Of a stretch of 64,000 nt of DNA, positions 1 through 9,035 are shown one piece after another. The first letter of the stretch is position 1; every line of letters starts with the position of its first letter. Origin of the DNA: Vulcanimicrobiota bacterium (GTDB taxonomy: Bacteria; Vulcanimicrobiota; Xenobia; Xenobiales; JADMJV01); contig JAEXNA010000217.1 of the NCBI GenBank assembly GCA_023447635.1, positions 1,656 through 65,655 on the forward strand, given 5' to 3'. A program made the position numbers and the translations under genes. Below the pieces are notes generated by a model, which worked only from the letters and a program-made list of their open reading frames with translations, did not search any database and was not told where the DNA came from.

Positions 1-2
1 TG

Positions 3-1208
3 GTGATGGAGTCGGATCCCTCCAAGCCGTTCGTCGGTCTGGCGTTCAAGCTCGAAGACGGTCGTTTCGGTCAGCTGACCTACATGCGCGTCTATCAGGG
101 CTCGGTCTCCAAAGGCGACTTCATTCACAACATCAACAATAAGAAGAAGGTCAAGATCCCGCGTATCGTACGTATGCACTCCAGCGAGATGCACGACGTC
201 GAGAACGCGGTGGCTGGTGACATCGTGGCGCTCTTCGGTATCGAGTGCGCTTCGGGCGACACCTTCACCGACGGCACCGTCGATATCACCATGACCTCGA
301 TGCACATCCCTGCGGCCGTGATGTCGCTGGCTGTGGAGCCGAAAGAGCGTTCCGGCCTGCAGAACTTCTCCAAGGCTCTCAACCGCTTCTCGAAGGAAGA
401 CCCTACCTTCCGCGTGTGGCGTGACGAAGAGTCCGGTGAAACCCTCATCGCGGGAATGGGCGAGTTGCACCTCGAGGTGTACGTCGAGCGCATCAAGCGT
501 GAGTACAACTGTGAAGTGAACGTGGGCGCACCTCAGGTCGCGTACCGTGAAGCGATCACCAAGCAGGCTAAAATCGACTACACCCACAAAAAGCAGACCG
601 GTGGTTCCGGACAGTACGCTAAGATCGGCGGCTACATGGAACCCCTGCCTGCCGACGCCGTCGAGAACTACGAGTTCATCAACGCCGTGGTTGGTGGTGT
701 GATTCCTAAGGAGTACATCCCCGCTTGCGATAAGGGCTTCCAAGAGGCTCTGAAGAAGGGCATGCTGATCGAGGCTCCCGTAGTGAGCGTTCGTTGCTGC
801 GTCAACGACGGTAACTACCACCCGGTAGACTCTTCGGAAATGGCCTTCCGTATCGCTGCTCAGTCGGCTATCCGCGAGTGCTACATGAAGTGCGACCCGG
901 TTATCCTCGAGCCCATCATGCTCGTCGAGACCGCCGCTCCGGAAGAGTTCCAGGGCGCCGTCACCGGCGGTATCAACCAGCGTCGCGGTGTGATCTTGAA
1001 CTCCGAGACCAACGACGGCTACGTAACCGTCGAAGCTCACGTTCCGTTCTCCGAAATGTTCGGGTACGCGACCGTGCTGCGTTCCGGTACTCAGGGTAAG
1101 GGAGAGTTCTCGATGGAATTCGCCAAATACGAGCCCGTTCCGCGCAACACGCAGAACGAAATGGTCGAGAAGCACAAGGCCGCCAAACTGGCCGGCGCTA
1201 AGAAGTAG
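3..1208 (+). CDS. fusA: Elongation factor G family GTPase, 5'-truncated by the window edge (domains II-V present)
   Basis: The 401-aa ORF has an EF-G-like domain II beta-barrel ([17 protein letters not shown]) and a domain IV/V C-terminus ending ...[15 protein letters not shown]3 is high, and an intrinsic terminator follows immediately. The gene is not followed by tuf, so it may be an EF-G paralog. Confidence 0.85.
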   Translation: MMESDPSKPFVGLAFKLEDGRFGQLTYMRVYQGSVSKGDFIHNINNKKKVKIPRIVRMHSSEMHDVENAVAGDIVALFGIECASGDTFTDGTVDITMTSMHIPAAVMSLAVEPKERSGLQNFSKALNRFSKEDPTFRVWRDEESGETLIAGMGELHLEVYVERIKREYNCEVNVGAPQVAYREAITKQAKIDYTHKKQTGGSGQYAKIGGYMEPLPADAVENYEFINAVVGGVIPKEYIPACDKGFQEALKKGMLIEAPVVSVRCCVNDGNYHPVDSSEMAFRIAAQSAIRECYMKCDPVILEPIMLVETAAPEEFQGAVTGGINQRRGVILNSETNDGYVTVEAHVPFSEMFGYATVLRSGTQGKGEFSMEFAKYEPVPRNTQNEMVEKHKAAKLAGAKK

Positions 1209-1227
1209 TCTCGACTTCGGACAAAAA

Positions 1228-1257
1228 GGGCCGCTCTTCGGAGCGGCCCTTTTTTTT
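1228..1257 (+). terminator. Rho-independent terminator downstream of the EF-G gene
   Basis: Perfect 9-bp stem gggccgctc / gagcggccc with a ttcg tetraloop, followed by 8 T. The upstream A-run could make it bidirectional for the convergent pseudopilin operon. Confidence 0.85.
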
Positions 1258-1328
1258 GGGTTCTGGCGTCGACGCTCGACTCGCGCGGTCCCGCGGAACG
1301 GTCCCGGCCCGTCTAGAAAGGGAATGTC

Positions 1329-3221
1329 TCAGCGCTTCCAGTAAACGGATTGGACTTGAATTCGCTGTTCCGGGAGTTCGCGCACATAGCCGCCGAGCAG
1401 GTCCGCGTTGTAGATGAATTCGACATCGGTACAGTCGACGAATTCGATGCCGTTAGGTTGGTCCGGCTCCAGCGGTTGGCTCTCCTGAAGCGAGACGATG
1501 GTGCCCTCGAACCTGGCGTTACCGGCCCCTCCACCATCCATCTTGATCCCTCCGCGGGCATAGACCAGGCCGCGAAAGTTCCAGTCCTGGGTCTGGTCGG
1601 GGTTATTCAAGATGACGTTGCGACCGGCGTAGACCAGAAGACCAGAACCGTCGTGACTGGCGTCGACGGTAACGCTGTCGGTATTTTTAGGCTGGATCCG
1701 GACGTCGCCCTGCTTCGAGACCAGGCGGCCGAGCCCCTGAGTGACGCCGTTTTCGATGTTGATGGTGCCCCGCGCCACCAGGCTCGCTTTGGCAACCCCT
1801 CCAACCGCCGAGCCGTCGGCTTGATAGCCCAGGTCGAGCACGGGGGGAGGGGTTTCCGAAGGGGCGGCCGGATCGGTCAAGGACGTCACATGGAAAGGGC
1901 CATCGACATCCACCGTCGCTTCGCTTTTGATGGTGACCTCTTGCTTGGTCAGGTCGAACCGGATCTCTCCGTTGGCGCCGTAACTTTTGGCGTCGCCCGG
2001 CACGACTTCGGTGATGACCCCCTGACCCTCATAGGCGGGGATCCTGAGGTCGCTGACCGAGATGCTGCCTTTATCGAGTTCATAGTCGTTGAGAAAACCG
2101 TCAATCTCATCCGGGATAGAAGCGATGATATCCTCGGTACGCTGGGCGCCCCGATAGACGGCGGTGGGAGTGGTGGCGTCAGGGTCTTTATAGAACTCCA
2201 GGACGTCGACCCACATGCTCTTGGTTCCGCCACCCTCTTTCTCTTTGGTGGTAAGCAGACCGTCTTTGACGTACGTTGCGCTGAAATCGACCTCGGCCAG
2301 TCGTCGCACGAAAGTCCAGCGCCCGCCTTTACTGGCCAGGGGGTCGGCGGCGAGGGAGACGACCGTAGCGTCATCCGGCAGCTGAAGTTGAGATTCGTTG
2401 ATGTCGAAAATCGAAAAGTGGGACTCGCCGTTGGGGACGATCTTCCCGTGGCTGTTCTGCTGAGCCTTCGCCAGCTCTTCGTCGGTGTCGATCTCTTCAG
2501 GAGAGCCTCCACCATCGGAGTAGATCTTTTTCTTGGTCCAGAGTAAGCCGCGTTCGTCGGGGCGGTTGTCGTTGGTCAGAAAGCGCGTCTGTTGGCCATC
2601 GAGAAGATCAGGCACCAGGATATCGCCCTCGGCCCTGAGCATGTTCCGGTCAGGGTCCGTGCTGCGAATGGTCAAGCTCTGGGCGCCCACGCGCAGATCG
2701 GCACGGGTCAGCACCGAGGCGTCGAACAGCGGCGCGACGTCAAGAACGAACTCGGCCCGACGGGTGGCGTCGCGACAGGTGGCGGTCACCACGCAGTAGG
2801 CGTGCCCCGAGCGGGCTTTGTTGGCCACTTCGGTGCTGCCGCCGCCGTTGAGGTTGTTGTAGATCGTGGCGGTGAATTCGGCTTCCAGGCTTTCGATTTT
2901 ACCGTTAAAAACATGCGACCCCGGAACGGTAGTGATCGTCACCTCTGTCCCCAGCAGACGTGAGCTGCCTTCGTCGGGGAAGGGCAGGGCGCCCCAGCTT
3001 CGGTCGTGTTCCAGGCGAAAGGCAACGTACTCGTAAACCGCTTCACAAGCCGACGAGGCGGCTTGTGTGGTTATGGTGCTGCGGGCCAGGGCGTAATGAG
3101 TTCGATAGACTTCGAAGAAGGCGGTCGAGAGCATGACCAGCACTCCGACCATCACCATGACCGTGGCAAGGGCTATGCCCCGTCGGGGCTTTCGGGAAGA
3201 CAATTTCATAGAGGTGGCCAC
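1329..3221 (-). CDS. Large minor pseudopilin, GspK/PilX-like (630 aa), last gene of a pseudopilin operon
   Basis: The N-terminus KPRRGIALATVMVMVGVLVMLSTAFFEV is a GspK-type pseudopilin anchor: positive residues, G, a hydrophobic helix and no Glu+5. It overlaps the upstream gene by 16 nt on the same strand. The long 1350..2546 ORF on the opposite strand is antisense to it. Confidence 0.5.
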   Translation of the reverse strand: MATSMKLSSRKPRRGIALATVMVMVGVLVMLSTAFFEVYRTHYALARSTITTQAASSACEAVYEYVAFRLEHDRSWGALPFPDEGSSRLLGTEVTITTVPGSHVFNGKIESLEAEFTATIYNNLNGGGSTEVANKARSGHAYCVVTATCRDATRRAEFVLDVAPLFDASVLTRADLRVGAQSLTIRSTDPDRNMLRAEGDILVPDLLDGQQTRFLTNDNRPDERGLLWTKKKIYSDGGGSPEEIDTDEELAKAQQNSHGKIVPNGESHFSIFDINESQLQLPDDATVVSLAADPLASKGGRWTFVRRLAEVDFSATYVKDGLLTTKEKEGGGTKSMWVDVLEFYKDPDATTPTAVYRGAQRTEDIIASIPDEIDGFLNDYELDKGSISVSDLRIPAYEGQGVITEVVPGDAKSYGANGEIRFDLTKQEVTIKSEATVDVDGPFHVTSLTDPAAPSETPPPVLDLGYQADGSAVGGVAKASLVARGTINIENGVTQGLGRLVSKQGDVRIQPKNTDSVTVDASHDGSGLLVYAGRNVILNNPDQTQDWNFRGLVYARGGIKMDGGGAGNARFEGTIVSLQESQPLEPDQPNGIEFVDCTDVEFIYNADLLGGYVRELPEQRIQVQSVYWKR

Positions 3222-3892
3222 GTGTTCCTTGGGTTGAAGCGCCAGTTGACCTGCAGATGGTTCTCGGCTCGCTCGACGGACTGAGCCCGGGCCGACCCCT
3301 TCTGCTGAAGGTGAAGCTCGACGCGGAGAGTGGCGTTTTCTCTACGAGCCGAGACTTTGAAGTCCACCACTCCGGCGGACAGGTAGCGGGTGCTTAGAGC
3401 GTTCTTGTTTCCCTCGGGGGACGCGTCCGCCAGGTTTTCGCTCAGCGCGAGATAAGGCTGATTAAGATAGCTCGAGCCTGTCGGAAGGGGGGGAGAAGCC
3501 ACCTGTCGGATCAGACGACCGGGTGTTTCCGTGGTGGTGTACCAGACCAGCTGTCGGTCCCAGGCCGGCCGTCCCGTGTCGCTCTGGAAAAGCCCGGTGT
3601 TGTTCCACTCGCTGAGGCCCACCAGAGCCAGGGCGTCGCGAGACGTTCCATCGGACAACGGTCGAGGCACGACCTGGGCCAGCCAAAAGTTGGTCAGCTC
3701 GATGTCTCGCTCGAGCAACACTCGGATCGTCTTGAGTTGCTGTTCGGCGGACTGGCGCAAGGTGCTCTCACTGAAGACCCTTGTGCTCATTCCGAACGCT
3801 CCGAACACCAGGACCATCATCAGGCTCAGCATGCCAAGGGCCAGGAGCATTTCGATCAACAGTTGGCCTCGCCGACGGCTACCGCTCCACAT
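3206..3892 (-). CDS. Type IV pilin-like / GspJ-like pseudopilin
   Basis: Prepilin-type N-terminal motif RRRG|QLLIEMLLALGMLSLMMVLVFGAF, with Gly at -1, Glu at +5 and a hydrophobic helix. The start is taken at the internal Met of MWSGSRRRGQLLIE, placed by codon arithmetic from the ORF at 3206..4012. Confidence 0.5.
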   Translation of the reverse strand: MWSGSRRRGQLLIEMLLALGMLSLMMVLVFGAFGMSTRVFSESTLRQSAEQQLKTIRVLLERDIELTNFWLAQVVPRPLSDGTSRDALALVGLSEWNNTGLFQSDTGRPAWDRQLVWYTTTETPGRLIRQVASPPLPTGSSYLNQPYLALSENLADASPEGNKNALSTRYLSAGVVDFKVSARRENATLRVELHLQQKGSARAQSVERAENHLQVNWRFNPRNTWPPL

Positions 3893-4349
3893 AGGTGAAC
3901 CTGCTGACCGTGACGGACTGATGGCCGCGTTCGGCGGCCAGGGCAGGACCGTCTCCGCTCGCCTCCCAGCTGACCTGAACGGTGACTTTGTAGAGGTCCC
4001 CCAGGCTGTCATCCGGTTTCAGAGAGCTTTCCTTCGGAACCGGACCTGGGTTCGATGGGACCATCTGGCAGAGGAACTCGGTGGGCGTCTGGCCCTGTCC
4101 TACCAGCGCGCTGATCGGAACGATCAGGGGTTCGCCCGGGTCTCGTCCCCATTCGGGGGGGCCGGCTAGCAGGGCATCTTGAAGACGCCCCTCCGCCAGG
4201 ATACGAGCCACCGTCTGGTGGGAGGAAGAGTTTTGCGCCAGCATGACCCGGGTCAACGCGGCGATCAGCCCGAGCCCAGCCACCGCCAGCACGGTGATCG
4301 ATACCAGCACTTCCAGCACGGAAAGACCGAGCGGGCGTCCCATCTTCAT
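3879..4349 (-). CDS. Type IV pilin-like pseudopilin, GspI/GspH-like
   Basis: N-terminus MKMGRPLG|LSVLEVLVSITVLAVAGLGLIAAL, with G at -1 and E at +5, the prepilin peptidase substrate motif. It is the first gene of the 3-gene minus-strand operon, and an AT-rich intergenic region lies upstream. Confidence 0.55.
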   Translation of the reverse strand: MKMGRPLGLSVLEVLVSITVLAVAGLGLIAALTRVMLAQNSSSHQTVARILAEGRLQDALLAGPPEWGRDPGEPLIVPISALVGQGQTPTEFLCQMVPSNPGPVPKESSLKPDDSLGDLYKVTVQVSWEASGDGPALAAERGHQSVTVSRFTYVER

Positions 4350-4535
4350 AACGATCCTATTGTAGCAGGACTATGGAGCTAAGAGTATGATTCCAGCCGG
4401 GTTTTGTCCCAATGTATCCGATAGGTAGCTTATTCACCGCCTCGAGATAGCGTGGTGGAACGGCGAAAGAGCCGTGAGCGGTTTGGACTGAAGTTAACAA
4501 CTTCAATAACGAAGAAACAGCCTTGATAGGGCAAG
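4350..4535. promoter_or_regulatory. AT-rich divergent intergenic region, likely bidirectional promoter(s) for the pseudopilin operon and the HExxH protein gene
   Basis: A 185-bp patch markedly lower in GC than its surroundings, between divergently oriented genes. No specific -10/-35 is assigned. Confidence 0.3.
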
Positions 4536-6458
4536 ATGTCGAGGATGCAGATCCTTAGCTCTCTACCCACGACGCCATCGAAACCGCGCCCCACCCTGCC
4601 TCCCGCCGTGACTCCGTCGGTGGAGACGGCGTCGACCGCTTCGGTGGACAGCGCTCAGATCGGTGCCAGTGCCTCGGACGAGGCGACGTCGACGGTCGAT
4701 CCCGCGCAGGCGCGTCGGATCTCGAACTTCGTGCAGGAGAGCAAAGAGGGCGGCGCTCGTAACTTGCGCGCCATCATGGGTCTGGTGGCAGGACAGTTGA
4801 CCGGAATGACGGTGGGTTCGCTGATTTTTGCCCCGCTGGCGTTCAAGTACGGGAACCTGTACATCGCCACCGGCGGCGCGGCTTTGACCGGGGGCGCTCT
4901 GGCCATGCTGGGCCACACCCTGGCCAACCGCGAGCCGTCGGCAGCGCCCGAGAACAGCGGGCTGGCCAACGCCGGAGTGGCGCTGGGTGGGCTGGCGAAC
5001 TCCTTGCCCAAATTTGTCTATCCCACCATCGCCGGCGCTACCGCGGCCGAGAAGGCGATCATCAACGAGGCGCTCGACCGTCTGCCGCTGAGCGGGGTCA
5101 CCAGCGCTCCGACCATCGACGTGGTGACCGGCCTGGAAAAGGCCGGCGCCTCGGGCCTGGCGACGCCGCTCTTTAGTCACAACCGGATCTTCCTGGATCG
5201 CGACCAGATGGCGCTGGGGAAAAGCTGGGCTCAGGAGGTGACCACCCACGAGATCGGGCACACCTTCGACTTCAGCAAAGGCGTGGGGCCGATCGGCAAC
5301 CGCAGTCATCGCGGCGGCGGCTTCGGCAAAGCGCCCTTCGTTTCCGACTACGCCGGCACCAACCGTATGGAGGACTACGCCGAGGCGTACGCTCACTATC
5401 ACCGCCACCCCGACGACCTGCTGAAAGCGGCCCCCGAGAAATTCGAGCGGATCGCGGCCAGTCAGCAGCCCGGTCTGGTCGACCAGGCGTTGGACCGCCC
5501 GGCGGTGCGCGACGCCGGGCGCCAGGTGGGCGGAGCGTTCGAGAAAGCCCCCTATCTGCGCAACGTGCTGGCGCTGGCTTCGAGCCTGGTTTCGCCCTTC
5601 CAGGTGTATCGAGGCGCCACCAACCTGGAGCGCGGCTTGAAGTCGGGCGACTCTAAGGCGCTGTTCGACGGCAAAATGCAGCTCGCTTCGGGGAGCGCGT
5701 TGTTCCTTTCGGGCACGGCTCCGCTGGGCTTTGCCCTGACGGCGGCTCATATGGTAGCGGGGAAGATGTTGGCCGACGGCACCATCACCCCGGAACAGGC
5801 GAACGCTTTCGCGGACAAGTCGCTGGCGGTTTCGACCGGCCCCGTGGGGTTCGTGGCCAACTCCCTCGAGGGCGAGCTGAGCAAGGCGGGCTTGCTCGAC
5901 GCCAAACAGGGCACTTACGAACTGTTCGGCTCCTCGAAACCGAGCACCTCGGCTCTGGGCGGCAAGGCGCTGGCGGGCGGCTTTGCTCTGGGCGCGGTCG
6001 CGGGCAGCGTGCTGACGCCGCTGCTGGCCGGCGGTTCGGCGGTCAACATGATTTCGGCCGCGGCAGGCGGCACCTGGATCGGTGGACTGGCCGGAGCGGC
6101 TCTGGGTCTGGGCGCTCAGGCGCTGGCGCAGCATCTGAGCGAGAAGCCTCAGCCGTTCGGCCTGCTGGCCTCGCCCGCTGCAACCGACGAGAAGCTGACC
6201 TGGGGCGACAAGAAGATGCTGGCTAAACTGGCGGCTCCTACGGTGGTAGCCGGCGTGGGTGGTGCCGTCCTGGGCGGGATGGCGGGCGACTACCTGGGTT
6301 CGGCTGTGGGAACGGCGGTGGCCGGGGCGGCCGGAGGAGTGACCGGCGCGGCGCTGGGACGCTACCTGGGGATCCTGGGCGGCTCTTACGCGCTGGTACC
6401 CGGTGGAGCGAAGGTGGGAGCGGCCTGGGCCGGGCTGCCGAAGTCAGCTCAGTCTTAG
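4536..6458 (+). CDS. Membrane-anchored zincin-like metallopeptidase (HExxH plus downstream EDYAEAY) with a Gly/Ala-rich glycine-zipper C-terminal region
   Basis: S/T/P/A-rich N-terminus followed by a predicted TM segment (LVAGQLTGMTVGSLIFAPLAF...). The motif THEIGHTFD is followed about 40 aa later by NRMEDYAEAYAHY, an E-x-F-A-E-x-F-like third-ligand motif of the MtfA / lethal-factor gluzincin type. The C-terminal 200 aa are rich in GxxxG/AxxxA repeats. Confidence 0.5.
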   Translation: MSRMQILSSLPTTPSKPRPTLPPAVTPSVETASTASVDSAQIGASASDEATSTVDPAQARRISNFVQESKEGGARNLRAIMGLVAGQLTGMTVGSLIFAPLAFKYGNLYIATGGAALTGGALAMLGHTLANREPSAAPENSGLANAGVALGGLANSLPKFVYPTIAGATAAEKAIINEALDRLPLSGVTSAPTIDVVTGLEKAGASGLATPLFSHNRIFLDRDQMALGKSWAQEVTTHEIGHTFDFSKGVGPIGNRSHRGGGFGKAPFVSDYAGTNRMEDYAEAYAHYHRHPDDLLKAAPEKFERIAASQQPGLVDQALDRPAVRDAGRQVGGAFEKAPYLRNVLALASSLVSPFQVYRGATNLERGLKSGDSKALFDGKMQLASGSALFLSGTAPLGFALTAAHMVAGKMLADGTITPEQANAFADKSLAVSTGPVGFVANSLEGELSKAGLLDAKQGTYELFGSSKPSTSALGGKALAGGFALGAVAGSVLTPLLAGGSAVNMISAAAGGTWIGGLAGAALGLGAQALAQHLSEKPQPFGLLASPAATDEKLTWGDKKMLAKLAAPTVVAGVGGAVLGGMAGDYLGSAVGTAVAGAAGGVTGAALGRYLGILGGSYALVPGGAKVGAAWAGLPKSAQS

Positions 6459-6485
6459 CTCTTTCTCCTCTCTTCTTTCTGTCTG

Positions 6486-6494
6486 TGGTAGAAT
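6486..6494 (+). promoter_or_regulatory. Candidate extended -10 element (TGG TAGAAT) immediately upstream of a probable leaderless start
   Basis: The sequence tgtggtagaat matches TGnTAtAAT. The ATG codons at 6493 and 6502 lie 0 to 8 nt downstream, consistent with a leaderless transcript. No good -35 is present. Confidence 0.25.
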
Positions 6495-6960
6495 GCTCGT
6501 TATGCGGGGAAAAGCGTTCCATTCCAGGCTTGGGGTTCTGGTCGTTCTTGGCGCGATAGCGCTGGTCTCTTCGACTGGTCGAGAGGCGGCCCCGGTGACG
6601 ACGGCCTCGCCCGCCCCGATCTCGGATCGAACTGCCGCCGGGCGAGAGACGGCCTCGTTTCCCCGGACCAACACGACGGCTGGCACGAAATACGCGGTCC
6701 AGCACGACAACTGGGCCGTCATGCCCACGGGGGGCAACAAGTACGGCGGTGTGCTGCCCCGCAATATGGGCGATTTCCAGATTCGTGGGCCGGGGGGAGC
6801 GACGTTACGTCATCCGCGTCCACTCATCCGCTATCCCCACGGTAGCGGAACGATTCTTGTCGAGGACGACATCGATGCAGGGCCGGATTTTGACCCGCCT
6901 CCCGCTCGGCCCAAATGGCGAGAGCGGGCCCCGCAGGGGACCACTCCACCTTCCCCATGA
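6493..6960 (+). CDS. Small secreted protein (signal peptide) of unknown function, translationally coupled to the response regulator
   Basis: MLVMRGKAFHSRLGVLVVLGAIALVSS is a signal-peptide-like N-terminus. The stop codon overlaps the RR start (ATGA). The start codon could be 6493 or 6502; the ORF tool's 6403 start is probably too long. Confidence 0.4.
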   Translation: MLVMRGKAFHSRLGVLVVLGAIALVSSTGREAAPVTTASPAPISDRTAAGRETASFPRTNTTAGTKYAVQHDNWAVMPTGGNKYGGVLPRNMGDFQIRGPGGATLRHPRPLIRYPHGSGTILVEDDIDAGPDFDPPPARPKWRERAPQGTTPPSP

Positions 6961-7622
6961 CCGCTGTTGTCGACACCGTGCTGGTCGTCGAGGACGAGGC
7001 GTCGATCGCGGACTTCGTAGTGGCCGCTCTGCAAGAGCAAGGATACGCCACCGCCTGGGCGCGGGACGGCGAAGAGGCTCTGCTGCGCTTTCACCAGGTC
7101 GCTCCTCAGGCCGTCTTGCTCGACCTGATGCTCGGCCGCGTTTCCGGTCTCGACGTCCTGGCCGCGCTGCGTCGGGTCAGCCCTCTGCCGGTCATCGTGG
7201 TCTCGGCTCGGGACGATGAAGAGGTGATCGTCGAGGCGTTCGAGCGTGGCGCCGACGACTACATCACCAAGCCGTTCTCGACCCGAGAGTTGATGGCTCG
7301 CCTCAAGGCCAACCTGCGCAAGACTCCGGCGGAAAGTGGCGTGACCCGTTTGGGCGAGGTCGCCGTAGACTGGCGGCGGGCCGAGGTGTCCCGAGCCGGG
7401 ATGCTGGTCTTTCTGACCGCCCGAGAGTTCGAACTGCTGCGCTTCTTTTTCTTGAACCGCGATCTGGTAGTCACTCGCGACCTTCTGCTGGAGAAGGTCT
7501 GGGGCTACGACTACGAGGGCGAGGCCAGGGTGGTCGACACCACCATCAAGCGGCTACGCAAGAAAGTGGGCGCCGACCTGATCGAGACCGTGCGCGGACT
7601 GGGCTACCGGCTGGCCCGATGA
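6957..7622 (+). CDS. Two-component response regulator, OmpR/PhoB family (receiver plus winged-helix)
   Basis: Receiver motifs VLVVEDE...LLDLML...PVIVVSARDDE, with the phospho-acceptor Asp in LLDLMLG. The C-terminal winged-helix trans_reg_C motifs are LTAREFELL and YRLAR. The start Met of MTAVVDTVLVV was located by codon arithmetic. Confidence 0.85.
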   Translation: MTAVVDTVLVVEDEASIADFVVAALQEQGYATAWARDGEEALLRFHQVAPQAVLLDLMLGRVSGLDVLAALRRVSPLPVIVVSARDDEEVIVEAFERGADDYITKPFSTRELMARLKANLRKTPAESGVTRLGEVAVDWRRAEVSRAGMLVFLTAREFELLRFFFLNRDLVVTRDLLLEKVWGYDYEGEARVVDTTIKRLRKKVGADLIETVRGLGYRLAR

Positions 7623-8992
7623 GCCGAAGGGCCTGGCTGCTTCTTCTGATCCTGGGCCTGGTGGTGGTGGCCTCTCTGCTGCTGTTCCACTTCATCCTAC
7701 GTAAGGTCGAGGCGGACCAACTGTTCGAGATGGAAGAGCGGCTGACCTCGGTTTCTCGCACCCTGTCGCTGGCCATCGCCGACGATCTGCATCGGCGCGA
7801 CCTGGAAGCGGTAGAGGAGATGCTGCTTTCGACTCACGAGTCGGAGCTGGCCCGACTGCGGGTCCTCGACGAGCATCGCCTGGTGGTGGCTGATACCTTC
7901 GGCAAGGTCAGCGACCAGGAGGCGCTGCGATTTCGGCCAGAGGTCCAGGAGGCTTTTGCGGGGCGGCGCGGCGCCTACACCCGCTTCGCCGATGAAAGCG
8001 AGCGTTCCCTGGCGTTGTTTGTGGCCAATCCGGTGATCTGGAATGGGAGGGTGATCGGTTGCGTCTACGTTTCTCGTTCGACCGACTCGATCTTGCAGCG
8101 CCTGGGAGAGTTGCGGCGCTCCTTCAACGGCGCTTTGCTCGCGATGACGGCGGTCATCTTCGGGGTGGCGCTATGGATGACCCGCAATCTGGGGCAGGAC
8201 CTGCGCCGTCTGGGCGAGGTGTCGGAACTGGCCGACTTTCAGCCGCCCGCTCGCGACCAGGTCGAAAGGGTCTCGCAGAGCCTGCACTTCCTGGTCGATT
8301 CCCTGCGCGCCAAAGTGGGCGAACTCGAAGAAGAGCGAGACAAGACGCGGCGGTTCATCGAGGATATCGCGCACGAACTGAAGACGCCGGTGACAGGCCT
8401 GCAGGGCGCGGTCGAAGGGATGAAGCCGCACGCCCCGGACCATCCGCTCTTCGCCAACATCGCCCGGGAAACCGAACGACTGGCTCGTCTCACGACTCTT
8501 CTGCTAGAGTTGCGCAAGCTGGAGTACTACCAACTCAAACCGAAACTGTTCGACCTGTCCTCTCTGATCGACACGGTGCTGGAGAGCTTCCGACCCGGCT
8601 CGGGAGAGCGACTGGTCGAGGAGTTGCCCGACCAGTGTCCGATCCAGGGCGACCCGGCCAAAATCCAGCGCGTCCTGGAGAATCTGGTCGAGAACGCCTT
8701 GCGCTGCGCCCCGGGGGATACGCCGGTGACCGTCACCCTGGTAGAGGAAGGTGCGCGAGTGCGCGTCACCGTGGCCGACCTGGGGCCCGGCGTCAACGCC
8801 AAAGACGCCGAACAGATCTTTGGCCGCGGCGAGAGCGGGTCGGGCCCCGTGGGACACCTGGGGATGGGGCTCTCCATTGCGGCCCAGATCGTGGAACTGC
8901 ACGGGGGAGAGTTCTCGTTAGAGCGTGAACGACCGGTGGGCGCGGCGTTTTTCTTCCTGCTCCCGAAGGAACAGAAAGTGAAACTCAGTTAA
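7619..8992 (+). CDS. Sensor histidine kinase (TM sensor / HAMP / HisKA / HATPase_c)
   Basis: N-terminal TM segment LLLLILGLVVVASLLLF. The H-box is IAHELKTPVTG, and N/G-box-like motifs LVENALRCAP and DLGPGV...G..G.G.GL are present. The 4-nt overlap with the RR indicates operon coupling. Confidence 0.85.
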   Translation: MSRRAWLLLLILGLVVVASLLLFHFILRKVEADQLFEMEERLTSVSRTLSLAIADDLHRRDLEAVEEMLLSTHESELARLRVLDEHRLVVADTFGKVSDQEALRFRPEVQEAFAGRRGAYTRFADESERSLALFVANPVIWNGRVIGCVYVSRSTDSILQRLGELRRSFNGALLAMTAVIFGVALWMTRNLGQDLRRLGEVSELADFQPPARDQVERVSQSLHFLVDSLRAKVGELEEERDKTRRFIEDIAHELKTPVTGLQGAVEGMKPHAPDHPLFANIARETERLARLTTLLLELRKLEYYQLKPKLFDLSSLIDTVLESFRPGSGERLVEELPDQCPIQGDPAKIQRVLENLVENALRCAPGDTPVTVTLVEEGARVRVTVADLGPGVNAKDAEQIFGRGESGSGPVGHLGMGLSIAAQIVELHGGEFSLERERPVGAAFFFLLPKEQKVKLS

Positions 8993-9035
8993 CAGTTTTG
9001 TAAAGAGACATGACCCTCAGTCGAGTATTATAGCG

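Noticed and set aside
1350-2546. 398-aa plus-strand ORF
   Set aside because: Entirely antisense to the GspK-like gene. It has no start context or domain and is the typical long shadow ORF of a high-GC genome.
4563-6134. 523-aa minus-strand ORF
   Set aside because: Antisense to the HExxH protein gene. Its Arg/Gly/Ala/Gln-rich low-complexity translation is a high-GC artefact.
1329-6458. Complete type II secretion or type IV pilus system
   Set aside because: Only the three minor pseudopilin genes are present. No secretin, ATPase, platform protein or prepilin peptidase gene occurs anywhere in the 64 kb.
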